Shown here: positions 38,551 to 51,556 of the stretch, in pieces | How the letters are laid out: every line of letters starts with the position of its first letter | How positions within the stretch are numbered: the first letter of the stretch is position 1 | Assembly (NCBI GenBank): GCA_973895155.1 | Contig: OZ316897.1 | Location: 17,704,457-17,768,456 of the forward strand | Direction of reading: 5' to 3' | Origin: Marsupella aquatica | Lineage: Eukaryota; Plantae; Marchantiophyta | DNA length: 64,000 bases | Notes under the pieces: generated by a model | What the model was told of the DNA's origin: nothing | Seen by the model: the letters and a program-made list of their open reading frames with translations, nothing else | The model's database searches: none | Program-made: the position numbers and the translations under genes

Positions 38551-41500
38551 TCGGCACGACATCCCAGGCCGTCCCCAATGTCGCGACTATGCGTGTGGTT
38601 TATTACCCAATTACATGTCTGTGGCTTTGTGATTAGTATATTGCATCCCCAGGTTTGTCACAGAAACACTGAATGAAAATCAATTTATATATGGAATTTG
38701 CCTAGAGTCTATTTTTGGGTACACCAAGTGAGCTCTTTAATGTGCAATTTCCAGGTTTGACTTAGTGAAAGCCTGCAAAAATATGTGTAAATGTGAATTT
38801 TATTTAGGCACTTTTCAATGGAAGGAGACCATTATTTTTTCAAAATCCAAAGTCCGAGGCAATCACTCTACACAGGGAAATGGTGTACACAAGCCTGGGT
38901 GGTGGTGGTGGGGGGGGGCGGGGGGGAGGGGAGGGGGTGTGGTGCAAGCATTTTCAGCTATAGTTGAAACACTGGTTGATATACTTGAGCTCTGAACAGG
39001 AGATGGTTCGTCCAAAGAGCATGTACATTTTGAAAAATGATCAGTTAGTTTGTCTTGTAGCATGGTAAGGAAGAGCTATCCTATCTTACTAAGTTGAATT
39101 ATAGATCAAATAACTTTCAAACATCAAATCAAACTTCATATATAAAAACTCTTAAATACTTTAATATTTAAATATCAACCTAATAAACAGGGAGAAACTG
39201 CCAAGCTTTCCTAAGTATGACTATTCATGCAAGAAGTAATGCTGAAAGTAATGATGTACATGAGAATTGGAGAAATAGCTAATCTACTAATAAATCACAA
39301 ATGGAAGCTACTTTGCAGGGCTATGGTCTAGTGAAGGCTCTAGACCGTAACGTGGCTAACGTCACGGAATGGGAACTGGGTTTAGGTTGAGGGATTTGAA
39401 AATGGAGTAGTGAACCCCGGGGTCCTCACTTCTTTTCTTTCGACCCATCACAAGTGAATAAATATAGTGTTTTTTATTGGGTTTAGTGAAATACTTTTAA
39501 ATTTTTGTTGAAGAACATTAGGGTTATTTTAATCCAATTTGAGAAATTTAAGAATCATAGGGTTTTTAAAATCAAATATGAGAATATTCTTGGAATATTC
39601 CATTACGTTAGGGGTAAAACAATTCCAAAAAAGAACTTTATTGACTTAACTTTTAGAGTGTTTATTCTCCCAAAACTTCGAGCGTGATATGGGACACCCC
39701 TTGGATTGAGGCCACCGAGGTAGTGAACACAACAGCATATATGGATGAATGTTGTGTTCCTCCTTTGACAAGGTGAAGTCGGACCTTCTAGTTCCTCTGT
39801 AGGCATAGAAAAGTTGGACCTTCTTCCCGTTCCTCCTCCTTCGACATAGAGAAGTCGGACCTTCTTCCTAGCTGCTGTGACATGAATGTAATGCAATGTA
39901 GCTTCATTGACAAAGCGAATTTAAGCAGGGGAGTTATGGAGCAACAGCAGCAGCAGCAGCTGAGGACCTGGATATGCCAGTGGACACCCCTCCGTTTCTT
40001 GTGCAGTACACAAAGCTTTAATTTGATATATGGCAAAGTCTATCCAACCTCCGGCAAAAGATTCCTAAGGTACTTTGGACATAACAATTGTTGTCACCGA
40101 CCGTACCATTGATTCCTTGTGACATTGTGTTAGTCACGTCTGCATTGAACTCATTTCACTGACCAAGGCTCCTTTCTTTCAGGACTACAACGAAGTGATT
40201 CTCAACTATGCACTCCTCTCATGTGTGGCAATCACACATTTAATTAGCTTTGTGTTGCGTTTCTTCCATTGATTCAGCAGCAGATCTCTCAAGGTATTAG
40301 TGTGCTAACAGTTATAAGGTCCAGGGGTTTATCCTTTCCTCAGTTTGTGATTTGTCCTCACTTACCTGTATTTTGGGTCACAAAGAGTAGATGAGATAGT
40401 GCCCCGGACGGATAGTGCTTGATGATATTTGGGTGGTACCTAGGTAGGCAGCCTGGTCCATCACAGCAGCCCCGGTCCATGATAGCTGCAGATTTTGTCC
40501 AGGATCAAGTAGGGTAGTTATGGAGGTTGGTAATGGCCGCAGGCTACATCAAAGGTGGCATCATTTCCACAGCTACACCTCTGCTAGAAGAAACCAGGTA
40601 GGAATTAAAAAATGGCCCGAGTGTCCCGTTGATAGTGCATGCAACACGATTGGTGGTCATTGCATCTGCAAACCTAGGGTCAGTGGACGTTGAATCTGCA
40701 AAATTAATCTGCAACATCAATTCCAGCAAATCATTATGCACTCTTAAATTTGATTCTAGGAATTTTTGTTTTTGCTGATTCTTAGAGAGAAGAGAGTGAC
40801 TGCCAAATGTTCATGAAGAGAGTAATTGTCAAATGTTCCTTGGGTTTCTTATGTTACCTTGGTAAATGTTAGAGTAGTTAAAGAGTTTCTTTCTACTTGT
40901 CATTATTTCAAAAATGTGTAAATTAAATAGAGAATTGAAAGAGATTACCAGAAAACACTCATATGTCAACCACATCTCTCCAAATATTATTTTCTTTCAC
41001 CCCTATTTTACCTTTTCTTGGCTTACGTGAAATTTACTCTTTAATTTTCCATTGTTTTTACAGTTACATGGTCTAACTGTTTTTCTTTGTCTTGCCTCAA
41101 AACGAATAGAAAAACGAATAGTTCTTATTGCATAATAACAGTTTTTGTTTGTGACAAATCATGCTCATGTGGTTGCACGTGCATCCAGGAATTCTGGAAG
41201 AACTTTCCCATGGGGGTCCGCAAATATGAGCTTTTAAGTACTTAAAATACAGATAAAATAGTGACAAATGATTCAAACATCTTGACTAGCATCTTGAGTG
41301 GCAATGTGCTTAACACCCCCCCCCCCCCCCCACACACACACACACCCATATTGATAGGGGACATGTATTATATTTGCAGGTGTTCCCTCAAGAGGTGCAC
41401 ACATGGGTATTGAAGGGGGTGCACGTGGTACTTGTGTAAGTCATTTCAAATTTGAGAGAGGTTGACAGATTCAAACAACATTAGCTCAACTGTAAATATG

Positions 41501-41999
41501 CATTGCCCAGATATTACTACAAATCAATGGAAAAGGTACAAACTTCAATATAGATAGATAGATATACATTGCAACTAAATGTATTACTTCCATACAAGTG
41601 AAGCCACCCTTGCAAACAAAAGTTGGGCACCACACCAAAGTGATTAGTGAATTTTCACAGCTTGAAGCGGGGCTTGTTTAGAGACAGGTCCTGATTTCTG
41701 GCATTCATTTCATTAGGTCCCAAGTCTAACTATCTTTGGCAAGGGCGAGTCAGTGCCTTTTGACAATGTAGGTTAATTACCTCTTACAACTGTGGTTAGA
41801 GACTTTGTTGATAGAAATTCCCAAGCTAGTGAGGACTGGAGGAACAATAGTTTGATTCATCCTTCTTAGTTTCCATCCATGTGACTGTCCACAACAACAT
41901 ATACCACATGACTTGGGGATACAATGAGTGCCAGGTTATTCATTTGTTGTACTTGCTTATTAAGTGTTCTTAACAGTCCAAACTCAGAACTGGTCATAA

Positions 42000-43370
42000 T
42001 AATATAGAAAAGTCACAAAATCACAAATATTAGAATGAACAAGCTAGAAATATTAGAAACCCAAGGAAGGGAGGGCACCAAAAAAACGAACAACGAAAAA
42101 AGGCCAAAAGACCCTATCTATCATTCTGCAAACTACAGAGCTTGGTAGAGCTCTAGGGTGAACTACATCGGGGGTTCTAATAACGGAACCTGACTAGCTA
42201 CCCTAGAACTAATTGCCTCATCCCAACAAAGAATAATAAATGTCTGAATGTCTGTAGTACGATTGACACTTGTTGTCAAAAAAAGGCCGTGATGGGAGAC
42301 ACATGAGGGTAAGGCCTCCAGTCAACATAAAGAACTGCACAAGAACATAAGAAGCAGTCAAAGGTTGGGTGTAACTTATGCCCCAAACATCTCCAAAGAA
42401 AATGAGTGGAATAGATCACCGGGGTAACAAACAATGTAGACCTCCTCCCTCAATCGTGTTGTCCAAGCGGCTGTGTGACCTGCTGCATGTGTGGCTATAG
42501 CGGAATTGGCCCCATTGGCAGGGTTGTCAACCACCACATCCCCAAGGGCCTCAACCCCAACATGCAAATTAAAAGAAAGGCCAGCATGACGTCAATCAAG
42601 GACACTGGCCATCTTGAGGTGGCAAGGCATGCCTTTGCTCCATGGAGATGTGATGGTGGCCACCACATCCCCAATGTTGTTGTGGGTAGCGGTCCTCTCA
42701 GTATAGAGTTAGTACCATGTCTGCAGCAAAGAATGTAAACTCCTTCTCCATCCAATGGCACTCCGTAGACACATGTGGGCGGGCCTAGCAGGCAAGTTAG
42801 GGTGGGGGAGGCCAAGCCTAAGGCACATGGATGTAGCGACAATGAAAGCCCGGATGAAAGAGCTCATACAAAAGGGAGCCCACAAAGGGCTAGCAGAAAG
42901 CCAAGTCCCCAAACCAACGCCCGAACCAGAAAGAAGACAAGCCCAAATAGAATCTGGCTGGGCATCTAAGAGGTTTAAAGCATGCTGGAAAAGGTGTGTC
43001 AATGCATGCGGTCTGAGATCACCCGCTAAACTTTGTCCAGACTGTCCAAATAACTCCATCAAATGCAAGAGCCATGCTTCCGCACCTTCTCTCGCACCTC
43101 CTTGCCCAATAGAGCCCGTGTGTGATGAAGCTTGGCCTGAAACGGGAGAGATCCATTCATCACTCCCATGACATAGTCTGAGAGGATAGGCCAAAGGTCT
43201 ACAATGACACAAGATACCAGGGCCTGAGCCACCTATGCCCAATAACCAAGAAATGTACAAGGGAATGTGGCAATAGTGCAAGAAACCCCATGCCTCCCCT
43301 AGAAGGTGACAACGGAGCCTGTGGCCCAACACAAGAACCATCATCTCCATCAAAGGCTCTTAGGCCAATA
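42000..43370 (-). mobile_element. Decayed CRE-like non-LTR retrotransposon (RT thumb plus RLE endonuclease)
   Basis: Broken minus-strand frames give QAPLSPSRGGMG, LLSGSGVGLGTWLSASP, MCLRLGLPHPNL, RTATHNNIGDVV, LGDVVVDNP, REEVY...PGDLFHSFSLEMFG and QQVSIVLQ, collinear with the plus-strand element at 44400. Confidence 0.7.
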
Positions 43371-43904
43371 AGATAACTTCCCATCCATCTGACAAAGGGC
43401 CATCGAGATGGGGGTGGGGGAGGTGGTCTATGGTTTACACTCACTTGAGTAGAATGTGCTCCAGTTGACTTTACACTCACTTGGGGTCCATTGCCTTCAT
43501 CTTTTGTAAAGTCACCCTTAGGGTCTATAAAGGTAACTACACAATTTGCTGCAATGCTTGGGGGGACCAATTATGTGATGACAGATGACTTGTTTTTTGA
43601 ATTATTACTATATTCCGTCCAATAAAGTGACTTAATTATGATCTCCGTCCAATTGTTTCCCTTCCCCTTTCCTCTTCTCCCTTTCTTTTCACTTTAATAA
43701 TCTTCTTATCTCTTTCCTTTTCCTACCTCCGAAAGTACCCCAAGACTTTCCATGTCTCTTTTCCCCTTTAACTTTCTAGCTTCAAGCAGATCTTCCAGAT
43801 ATAGAATTTTCAAAGAAAAATTAAAAAGAATAGGGGGAAAGTATTATTTCAGCTAAAGTTTGAAATTACAAAATATACAATGTCTAGGCTAGGAAAGGTG
43901 TCCC

Positions 43905-44110
43905 TTATCTCTCCCAGTGGCCGTGGTTCTCTTTCAACCTGACCCAGATTGCACATTCACAACCGGTACTGACTTTAATGCCACACTCCACATCACAACC
44001 TCTACTAAACTTTATTGTGGGGCAACAATGCACATTGCCAAGCAATGAATTTTTGCTTTTTCCTCTTGAGAGGGGTGGTGGCCCCGGTGGTGGCTTAAGG
44101 AACCTTGCAT
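43905..44110 (-). mobile_element. Possible MULE/FAR1-type DNA-binding-domain relic
   Basis: CC....SRG...STGCECAIWVRLKENHGHWE loosely resembles the FAR1 (WRKY-GCM1) motif RTGCxAxIxV...GxW. Confidence 0.25.
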
Positions 44111-44399
44111 TCCAGAGATTTAGAAGGGACATTCGTTGTAATCTTATAGAGTTTAGAAGTAATTTGGTAAATTTGGCAACTTGCCGGGATAGTTTTCCTG
44201 GAAATGTTTTCAACAGATATGACTTTCAAGGTATGAAATAATGATCATCATAGCAGGGGGTGTGAAGAAAAAAAGCCTTGTCTCAAATGTGTTAATGACA
44301 ATTAACTCATGACCAATGCTAAGTTCTGGTGCAGTATCAAATTAGAATGAAGAGTATATTAGTTTGGATCACAACCACCACACCACGAGGGAAGAGAGT

Positions 44400-46137
44400 C
44401 ACTTGCGCTTCCCCTAGGGTTCTTACGTCCAGCTGATGGTCTTCGGGTCCTTGGCTCCCCAGTCGGTACCGCCTCCTTTTGCTCATCTCTCATCGCTGAC
44501 TCTCTACAGGCTGCCTTAGCCCCTACTCCTATGCTCCCTAAGTTAGCAGATTCTCAGGCAACATTTGGGATGTTGTTGAGGTGCATCCACCCCCGTGTGT
44601 CTTTTCTGGCTAGGACGCATCCCCCTACCGAGGATCTTTGTATCCACCTTCGAGCATTTGATGTCTCCATTCGTGAGACTCTGGCCTCTCTTTTAGGGCC
44701 GGGTACGTTGCTCTCATCTCCGTGGCTTCATCGACAACTCGGTCTTCCTATTTCGCAGGGTGGTTTTGAGCTTACTTCCATTGAGAGCCCTGCACCTCTG
44801 GCCTTTTTGGGTGCGTGGGCGGCCGCCTTCTCATTGATGGCCGATCGTTTCCTTATTGAGGATCGCCCTTTTTTACTTTCATCTCTCATGGAGGTAGAGG
44901 AGGGTTCCCTCCCGTTTCAGGTTCATTTGCGTGCAGCGCGGTCATCATTCTCAGATCCCGTTTGCGTTGCGTTACCTTCTTTTCAGGAGGTTTTATCCTT
45001 GGATCCTGTCCGTCTTCAGGCAGACCTCGCTGGGCGTATGCACGCTTTCACCCTTTCCAGCATCCTCTCCGAGGCACCTGACACAGACCGAGCTCGGATT
45101 CTTTCTTCCGGAGGGAAGGGCTCAGGAGGATGGCTTTAGGCCAATCCAGTCATTCCTCATTTGCGGATGTCTTCAACGGAGTTCTCCACAGCCATGCGTC
45201 TTTGTATGGGGCTGCCCCACCCACTTCTTGCAGGTTTACCTCCTTCTTGCACTTGTGGGAAGCCTTGTGATGCCACAGGTGTCCATCGTCTTCGGTGTAG
45301 TTTGGGAGGTGAAACCATTATTGTTCACGACGCTGTGCGAGATGCGACTGCTCAGGTTCTCTTTGGCTCTTTGGTATGCGTGCGGCGGGAGGTGGTACTC
45401 GAGTTACCTGGTCCTCCATCACAGCGGTTACGGGTGGATCTTACCATGGTCCGTGAGGGTCAATGTACTTTGGCAGATGTAGTGGTGGCAAACCCATTGC
45501 GCCAAGATATCATTGGGACAGCGGCAACAACAGCAGGGGCAGCAGCGTCACGTGCGGCAACAGCGAAGGAGGCCAAAATAATATGCTGCACGAGCTTCAT
45601 CCGACAGCTTCCTCCCCCTTGCTCTTGAGCTATTTGGGCGTCTTCATCCTCAGTTTGATGGGCTTCTTCGGCAAGCTGCCCGGGATGTTCATGACCGAAT
45701 GGGTCCCACCGGACCCCCGCTTTCTGTTTTGACCACGCACTTTCACCAACGCATTTCGGTCACTTTACAGCGTGCTCAAGCTCGGGCCATCTATTGTCGA
45801 TCTCTTACAGTGGGTGCTAGTGTGCCTCCGTAGCGGCTAGCTCCCCTAGAGGATGTTCCAATCCCACTTGCCAATCTAATTTTGACCCTTGATGTGGACC
45901 ATTAGCTTTTTGCCACATTCGCTAGGAATGATGAGGATCTCGGTCCTTTTGGGTTAGTTTTAGTCTCTCTTTCTTGGTTTTTAGGGGTTCCCTATTGCTC
46001 ATTTCTTACTTTTAGTTCCTCTTTCTCGATGTTTAGTGGTTCCATTTTGCTCACTTCTTTTACATTTGGTTTTGTCCATTTGGGCCCTCTTTTGTTTGTT
46101 CATTTGTAGTCTGTTTGGTCCCTTTGTATATAAAAAA
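44400..46137 (+). mobile_element. 5'-truncated CRE-like non-LTR retrotransposon with CCHC-type knuckle and restriction-like endonuclease
   Basis: DGLRVLGSPVGT (end of RT), QLGLPISQGGF, ARILSSGGKGSGGWL* (stop 45137), MRLCMGLPHP, CTCG...HRLRC...VHDAVRD, RVDL...LADVVVANP, AATAKEAK/Y, FLPLALELFGRL, QRISVTLQRAQARAI. T-rich 3' UTR and short A run at ~46132-46137. Confidence 0.8.
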
Positions 46138-47435
46138 TGTGTATATTCCACACTTAAAGAATCCAAACTCAGACAAAGCGAAACCAAAGAAAGAGCTCAT
46201 TTAAATAATAATATAGTAGCAGTATGATGGACAGTAATTTGGTCAGCCCTACTATCAAACATTATATTAAACAATCCCATCAGAAATGGGGGATGTCTAT
46301 TTAGAATAAGCACAAAAATATAGGGGGAAATTCTAGCTCAACATCAAAGGATGAATTTTCCTACACCATCAAGATATACCCATGCACCCCTACAGCCTCA
46401 CTTGACTGCCCAAGCTTGACTTAGCATTCTGCGGCTGACATCACCCATTTCACAGCATTATGTCCGCCCTATCCCTCCCAACAAGAATATTTTCACATTC
46501 AACTACAACCAACATTCATTGACTACGGCAATGATCACAATGAAGATTGACTTTTATTCTTTGATTATTTTCCGCACACTCAATCCCATGGTGGCAACTA
46601 CAACATGACCACAATAATCCCAACAGCACCATGACATAAGACTGTGCGGATGCTAATAATATGGCTGCATTGACCATAGTAAACACAGTACATGATCAAA
46701 ATGACTATATGATTGTAGTAAGACCTGCATTGGGCTAGTGCTCCATAATGAGGGAGAAATGGAGAGCATTGATACTATTAAAGTCTAAGAATTTGTAATC
46801 TTAAGATAGTGTCCAGAAATGCTCTGAAAATTACATAGAGAAAAACCACAAAGGGCAGTAGGAAAGAGGAGCTCAATAATTGTTTATTCTCAACGGTCCT
46901 CATATGCATCATCTGGCAACCTTGCAACGAAGCGCATGGCCGGAGAACGCCCGGCACACTCCGAAGTAAGTTGCATTCCAGCCTATGGTATTGTACATGA
47001 AGCTGATGCATCGACAGGCAGCGTCGTTCATGATCCCGGAGAGCTCGGGTCTGCACAATTTGACCGAATTTGCCGTTTCAGAATCGAATGATCATGTAGT
47101 CAGTCACTATGCGTGCATTGAAACAACGTTACTCTAACGCTTAATTAATTGTCCACCATCATTGGCAGCGTATGCACTTCCAGAATGACTCAAATCCTGA
47201 ACAAATGATCCCGGGCCTCATCGTTTCGGATTCCTCTTCGGGAATTAAATTAATGTCACGTCCTCCATACGAGTTGCTGACGAGTGGAATTCTTAGTTCC
47301 ACATCAGTAAGTTAGTCATCTATTCGGATTCTACTTCTCCAGCTGGATGTGATCCCTTCTCCAGCTGAGAAGGACGTTACCTTTGAAACGGGCGTCAACC
47401 ACTTACCCTGCCTCACAAGGAAATTCCCTTAGATG

Positions 47436-47524
47436 GAGTAGAAAACCCTTCAGACGCAGGTTTTAAGATCGAACCATCTACCGATCATCTCCATAAATCC
47501 TGCGTCTGAAGGATTTTGCACCTC
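47436..47524. ncRNA. Pre-miRNA-like stem-loop (candidate)
   Basis: AAAACCCTTCAGACGCAGG (47442-47460) is the reverse complement of CCTGCGTCTGAAGGATTTT (47499-47517) with one mismatch. Inner GATCG/CGATC and outer GAG/CTC add pairing. Confidence 0.4.
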
Positions 47525-47647
47525 GCACATTCTCGTCAGATTTCCGTTCTCAGACAGATTCTTAAGGTTCCAGCTACAATTCACTCATAATTACCCAACG
47601 AACTGTGTATACTCGACAGACAGAAGCTCGTGCTTGTCGTTCAATCC

Positions 47648-48151
47648 ATGGATCGTGGCCGCCAAAATGAAATTGTCTTGCATGAGGATGTAATGCCTCC
47701 GCTCGAAGAAGTACCCGAAGAAGAAGGAGAAGAAGATGCCAATCGTGGAGATATTCGACTTGAAGAAGTAGCGGAAACTGAAGCAGAACATTCTGCCGAG
47801 ATCGACTTCTACTCTACTGCCTTCGAATGTGATGTGTGTAGAGCTGCGTTCGCCACAGAGATGAGCCTGATTCAGCATCAGAATACAAACTCGCACCATT
47901 TCTGTGTCCGGTGTGAGAGAAGGTACAGTAGCTGGGCCAGATTGCTTCAGCATTTGGGAGACTCGAAGAGCCACAACTTCTGCTCTGACTGTGAGATAGA
48001 TTTCGCATCACCGGAAGCGTTGCAGGCCCATCTTCAGTGCCCTCCTCATGCGTCGTTTTGCAAGTGTATCAGTGTGGTCCTCCTCATCACGCTGCTTGTG
48101 GTCCTGATGGGAGTTCTGGTAGCGTACTTGGTCGATAGGCTACGGTACTGA
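47648..48151 (+). CDS. Intronless 167-aa protein: acidic N-terminus, three C2H2 zinc fingers and a C-terminal transmembrane helix
   Basis: CDVC...HQNTNSH, CVRC...HLGDSKSH, CSDC...HLQCPPH, then ISVVLLITLLVVLMGVLVAYLV followed by DRLRY-stop. Confidence 0.85.
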   Translation: MDRGRQNEIVLHEDVMPPLEEVPEEEGEEDANRGDIRLEEVAETEAEHSAEIDFYSTAFECDVCRAAFATEMSLIQHQNTNSHHFCVRCERRYSSWARLLQHLGDSKSHNFCSDCEIDFASPEALQAHLQCPPHASFCKCISVVLLITLLVVLMGVLVAYLVDRLRY

Positions 48152-50289
48152 CTCTTCTCGATGGGACAGCCCCCTTGAATTGCTCGATGGAGACTCAGAT
48201 TATCACCCGACCCACTCATTTATGCATACCTATCAATCCTAAATTGCCCCGTGCATATATGTGTAGCTCATCTAGCTATCCTTATTGTTCCTCTGACTCA
48301 TGGCCCGCAGCCCACAGAGTCCCACGCATCCAGAAGCGGAAGTACAGTAGATTATTAGATGATACCGTTGAGAAAACTCTTAAATAACTCAAATGATCGC
48401 TCGAGATGTTGATATAATTGAGAGTCCTTTCTCTCACCTGAGGAGCAGAAAAGCCTTCATACTCATCCATTTTGATCACTATAAATTCCACTATCACTAT
48501 AATTTTGATCAGGACGGCGGTCCGGAAGTGACGCTGCGTTGTTGACATAATCATTCTGGCTTAAGACTGACATCCCAACAGAATAATGATTGAATTTGTT
48601 TACAGTACTTCATTGAGACTTTGACAGCAAGTCACAGACGTAGTCTTGGGTGTTTGACTTAAATCTTCAGCTCTATTGGAGTACGGACATGAAAATCTCG
48701 CTGGCTCCAAGACCCCAACAAGATTTGGGTTGTAACCGGGAAATGTTTGCACAGAGTCGTCCAAGCTTTGATAGCTTCCCTGCAGTTCCCACCGCACAGG
48801 GAATCATTATGAGTGTGCTGTTATCGCTACTTTGGTAGCTAGAATTCAATAAGCTTAAGCGCGAGTCTGCCATCAGGCGTGCAGAAGCGGAGACTTCTGT
48901 ACCGTAAAATAATGGTAAGAAAGTTGCTACAGCAAAAAGTGGTTCTCACTTGTCTTCTCGGGGACTTTTCAGACACAGTTTCATTTGACTGAACGTAAAC
49001 ATGTTCAATTTAACGCTACAAGCCTTGATTTAATGTTGCATGCTCACGTGGTTGATTATTTGTCAGTAGTTAAAATTTAGATTAAGATAGCTCATTACCC
49101 TGTTGTTCCCTAAACATTTGCTTTGGAGTCATCAAGAATTGAGCATCTCAGTCGACTTTATGAAACCATGACTTTCCATCCTACTCCAAACATTTCCAAG
49201 TGAGGGTTGTCTTTGTGTTTTTTGTTACACTTCCCATTTTGAGAGTAAGGGGCATGCTAGTCTCCAGACTTTGTTTCCATACACAATTTTTAATTTATCA
49301 TTATTTTTTAAGAGTGGGTTCAGCTTCAATCTTCTGTGTTGGCATTGAAATGCAAGGATGTCACCAAAGTTTATATACCAGGAAAAAAAAAAAAGTAAAC
49401 AAAGTACAATGAAAGGCAAGAAAAAGTGGTCCAAAGTAAAAGAGGTCCAAAGAGCATTGAAAGCATTCGGGGAACTTAATTTACAAAAACCAGAGGACAA
49501 AAGTTCAGCCGTCACTTCCAAGATTTTCTTTCAGATGTCATCACAACCGTTTATATCAAGTTACCTAGTGGCCCACTTTGACTTTATATGAAGTTTGGAG
49601 GTCACTTAAATATTGCACTTAGAATTCCCAAAACGCTGATTTGTACATAGTTTCGGTCATCTATAGAGATGGTATTTCGACCGCACCGTCCATTCTCATT
49701 CTGTCATTAAATTACAGTATTCAGACTGCGTGACCAAAACTCCAAATGCTATGTAGATGGCCTGAAATATTTCTCAGAGCTGAATTGGATAGAAGATTGC
49801 GTGACCACAAACCCAAATGCAATGGAGACTGCCTGAAAATATTGCTCAGAGCTGAATTGGACACATGGCAAGAGAACTGATGTCGTCAAAGTGAAAACAG
49901 CCTGGTGCTTTCTCCCATACGGATATTGCTCTGAAGAAGGCAATATTCGTGGACTGAGAAACTCGGAATGTCGTACCATCGCACTATCGCTAAAAGCTCG
50001 TGAATGCCGTTCAGAAAAAATGGCAACTGGCCGAATTAATAACCAAAAGCCATACGAGCATCTTTTGCGAATAAAATCTGTAAGCTACTAGGCAGGATAA
50101 CCAATGGGTTGATCACAATGCGCCCCACAGTCCAAGCTCAATACTGGACAATGGAAACCTCTGAATGCCGACGTGTCCATGAGGATGTCTGATCGTCCCA
50201 TATATAAATCCCGGTAGGTCTCATGGAATAGAACTTTCCTCCTTCTCAGAACACTGTCAATGGATATCTGTCCAAACCACGGCACTTCA

Positions 50290-50955
50290 AGGGACAGACC
50301 GCTTCAAACATCTTCAAATACATCGCTTACTTGATCATGGATGTGCCAGGTAGATTTGAAGCAATCTGCATTTCCACCGCGTACAAAAGCCTCACCTCGC
50401 CATATGACAGCACACCCCATATCCAGATTGTGGAACAACGGTTCTGCACAAATCTCGTCTAGAATACTTTCCGGAATATTTGCGCACTTTTCCCACTGCC
50501 ACTTTCCTGCGACGTCCAACACATATATGGGCATATATGTCCTGCTTGTCAATGCTCCAATCGGTTGGCCATTGCCCCGTTTTTGTATTTCCTGAGGCAT
50601 ATAGTTTGCCTTGCAGTGAGATGAAGTGAGACAATCTTGCCAGGATTCCAGGTTGTAGATTCGGGATTGGGGGAAGTTTGTAGGAAGCTTTGTCTCTCAC
50701 GGAATATAGAGAAATTTCAGCTCTTCCATTACAATCCTGAGTGGTGTTTCACAAGTGTAAGAGTGTCGGCTGAGTGATGAAAAAATTCTTGAATCATAGA
50801 CCTCCCTGCTTTCAATTGCTGCTTGCCAGCAGGACTTACGAGCTCTGAAGAGTGTTTGACAAGCCATTGACGGCAATTTTTTAACAATGTGATTCAAGGT
50901 AACATCATTAGGCTGGGATCCCTGGCAGAAGGTCCTCCAGCAAGGAAGACATCAT
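50290..50955 (-). pseudogene. F-box/kelch-like pseudogene
   Basis: LLPGI[4-nt CCAG insertion]PNDVTLNHIVKKLP...WQAAIESREVYDSR (F-box), then LPPIP...LQGKLY and IYVLDVAGKWQWEKCA (kelch-like) in different frames, with several frameshifts and stops. Confidence 0.75.
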
Positions 50956-51556
50956 TTCTCCTGAAGGTGTGAAGGGAGGAGGACAACCCTGATTCCTAAT
51001 TGGATCAGGAAGGAAAGAAGAACAAAGGGTGAACCAAGGAGAATGGGATCGAATGGCAACCGGAGTGGATGTGATCAAACCTAGCCTAACTAAGCCAAAG
51101 AAAAGCACATGAGGAATGCCAAAATTGAAGACGAAATAATGGGTTTAGGAATCAACTTAGGGCAGACGTTGATAACGTAGAAAATGATGGAGATGCACAC
51201 AAAATTGGCAGTGACTCTAAGTAAGACAAAATTGAAAGTGAGTATAGACAAAAAAAACAGGGATGACTGACCTTAAAACTAAATAAAGATGAATGTGAGG
51301 ATAGACTAAAAACAAGGATGGAGGCAAAGATGAACAAAACTCACATGAACTCGAACTAATGGCGAAAGTACAAATGGACAAAAAACACAACAAGGACGGG
51401 GCAAAGATAACAAAACAAAGATAAAACTAATAGAGATAAAGACAAGAGTGGACAAAAACCACTGATGAGGACACAGATAAAACAGAAAAACACATGTAAT
51501 TTGTTTTTTGCAAGATTAGTTGTCTTAGTCTCTATCTACAGTACATTCAAGAACAG

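Noticed and set aside
42755-43171. 138-aa Cys-rich plus-strand ORF
   Set aside because: It is the antisense shadow of the minus-strand CRE-like element.
47205-47310. Two hammerhead-like patterns (plus-strand CTGACGA with a 7-bp stem; minus-strand CCGAAGA-GGAATCC-GAAAC)
   Set aside because: The first lacks GAAA. The second has a mutated core, a minimal stem II and no convincing stem III/NUH.
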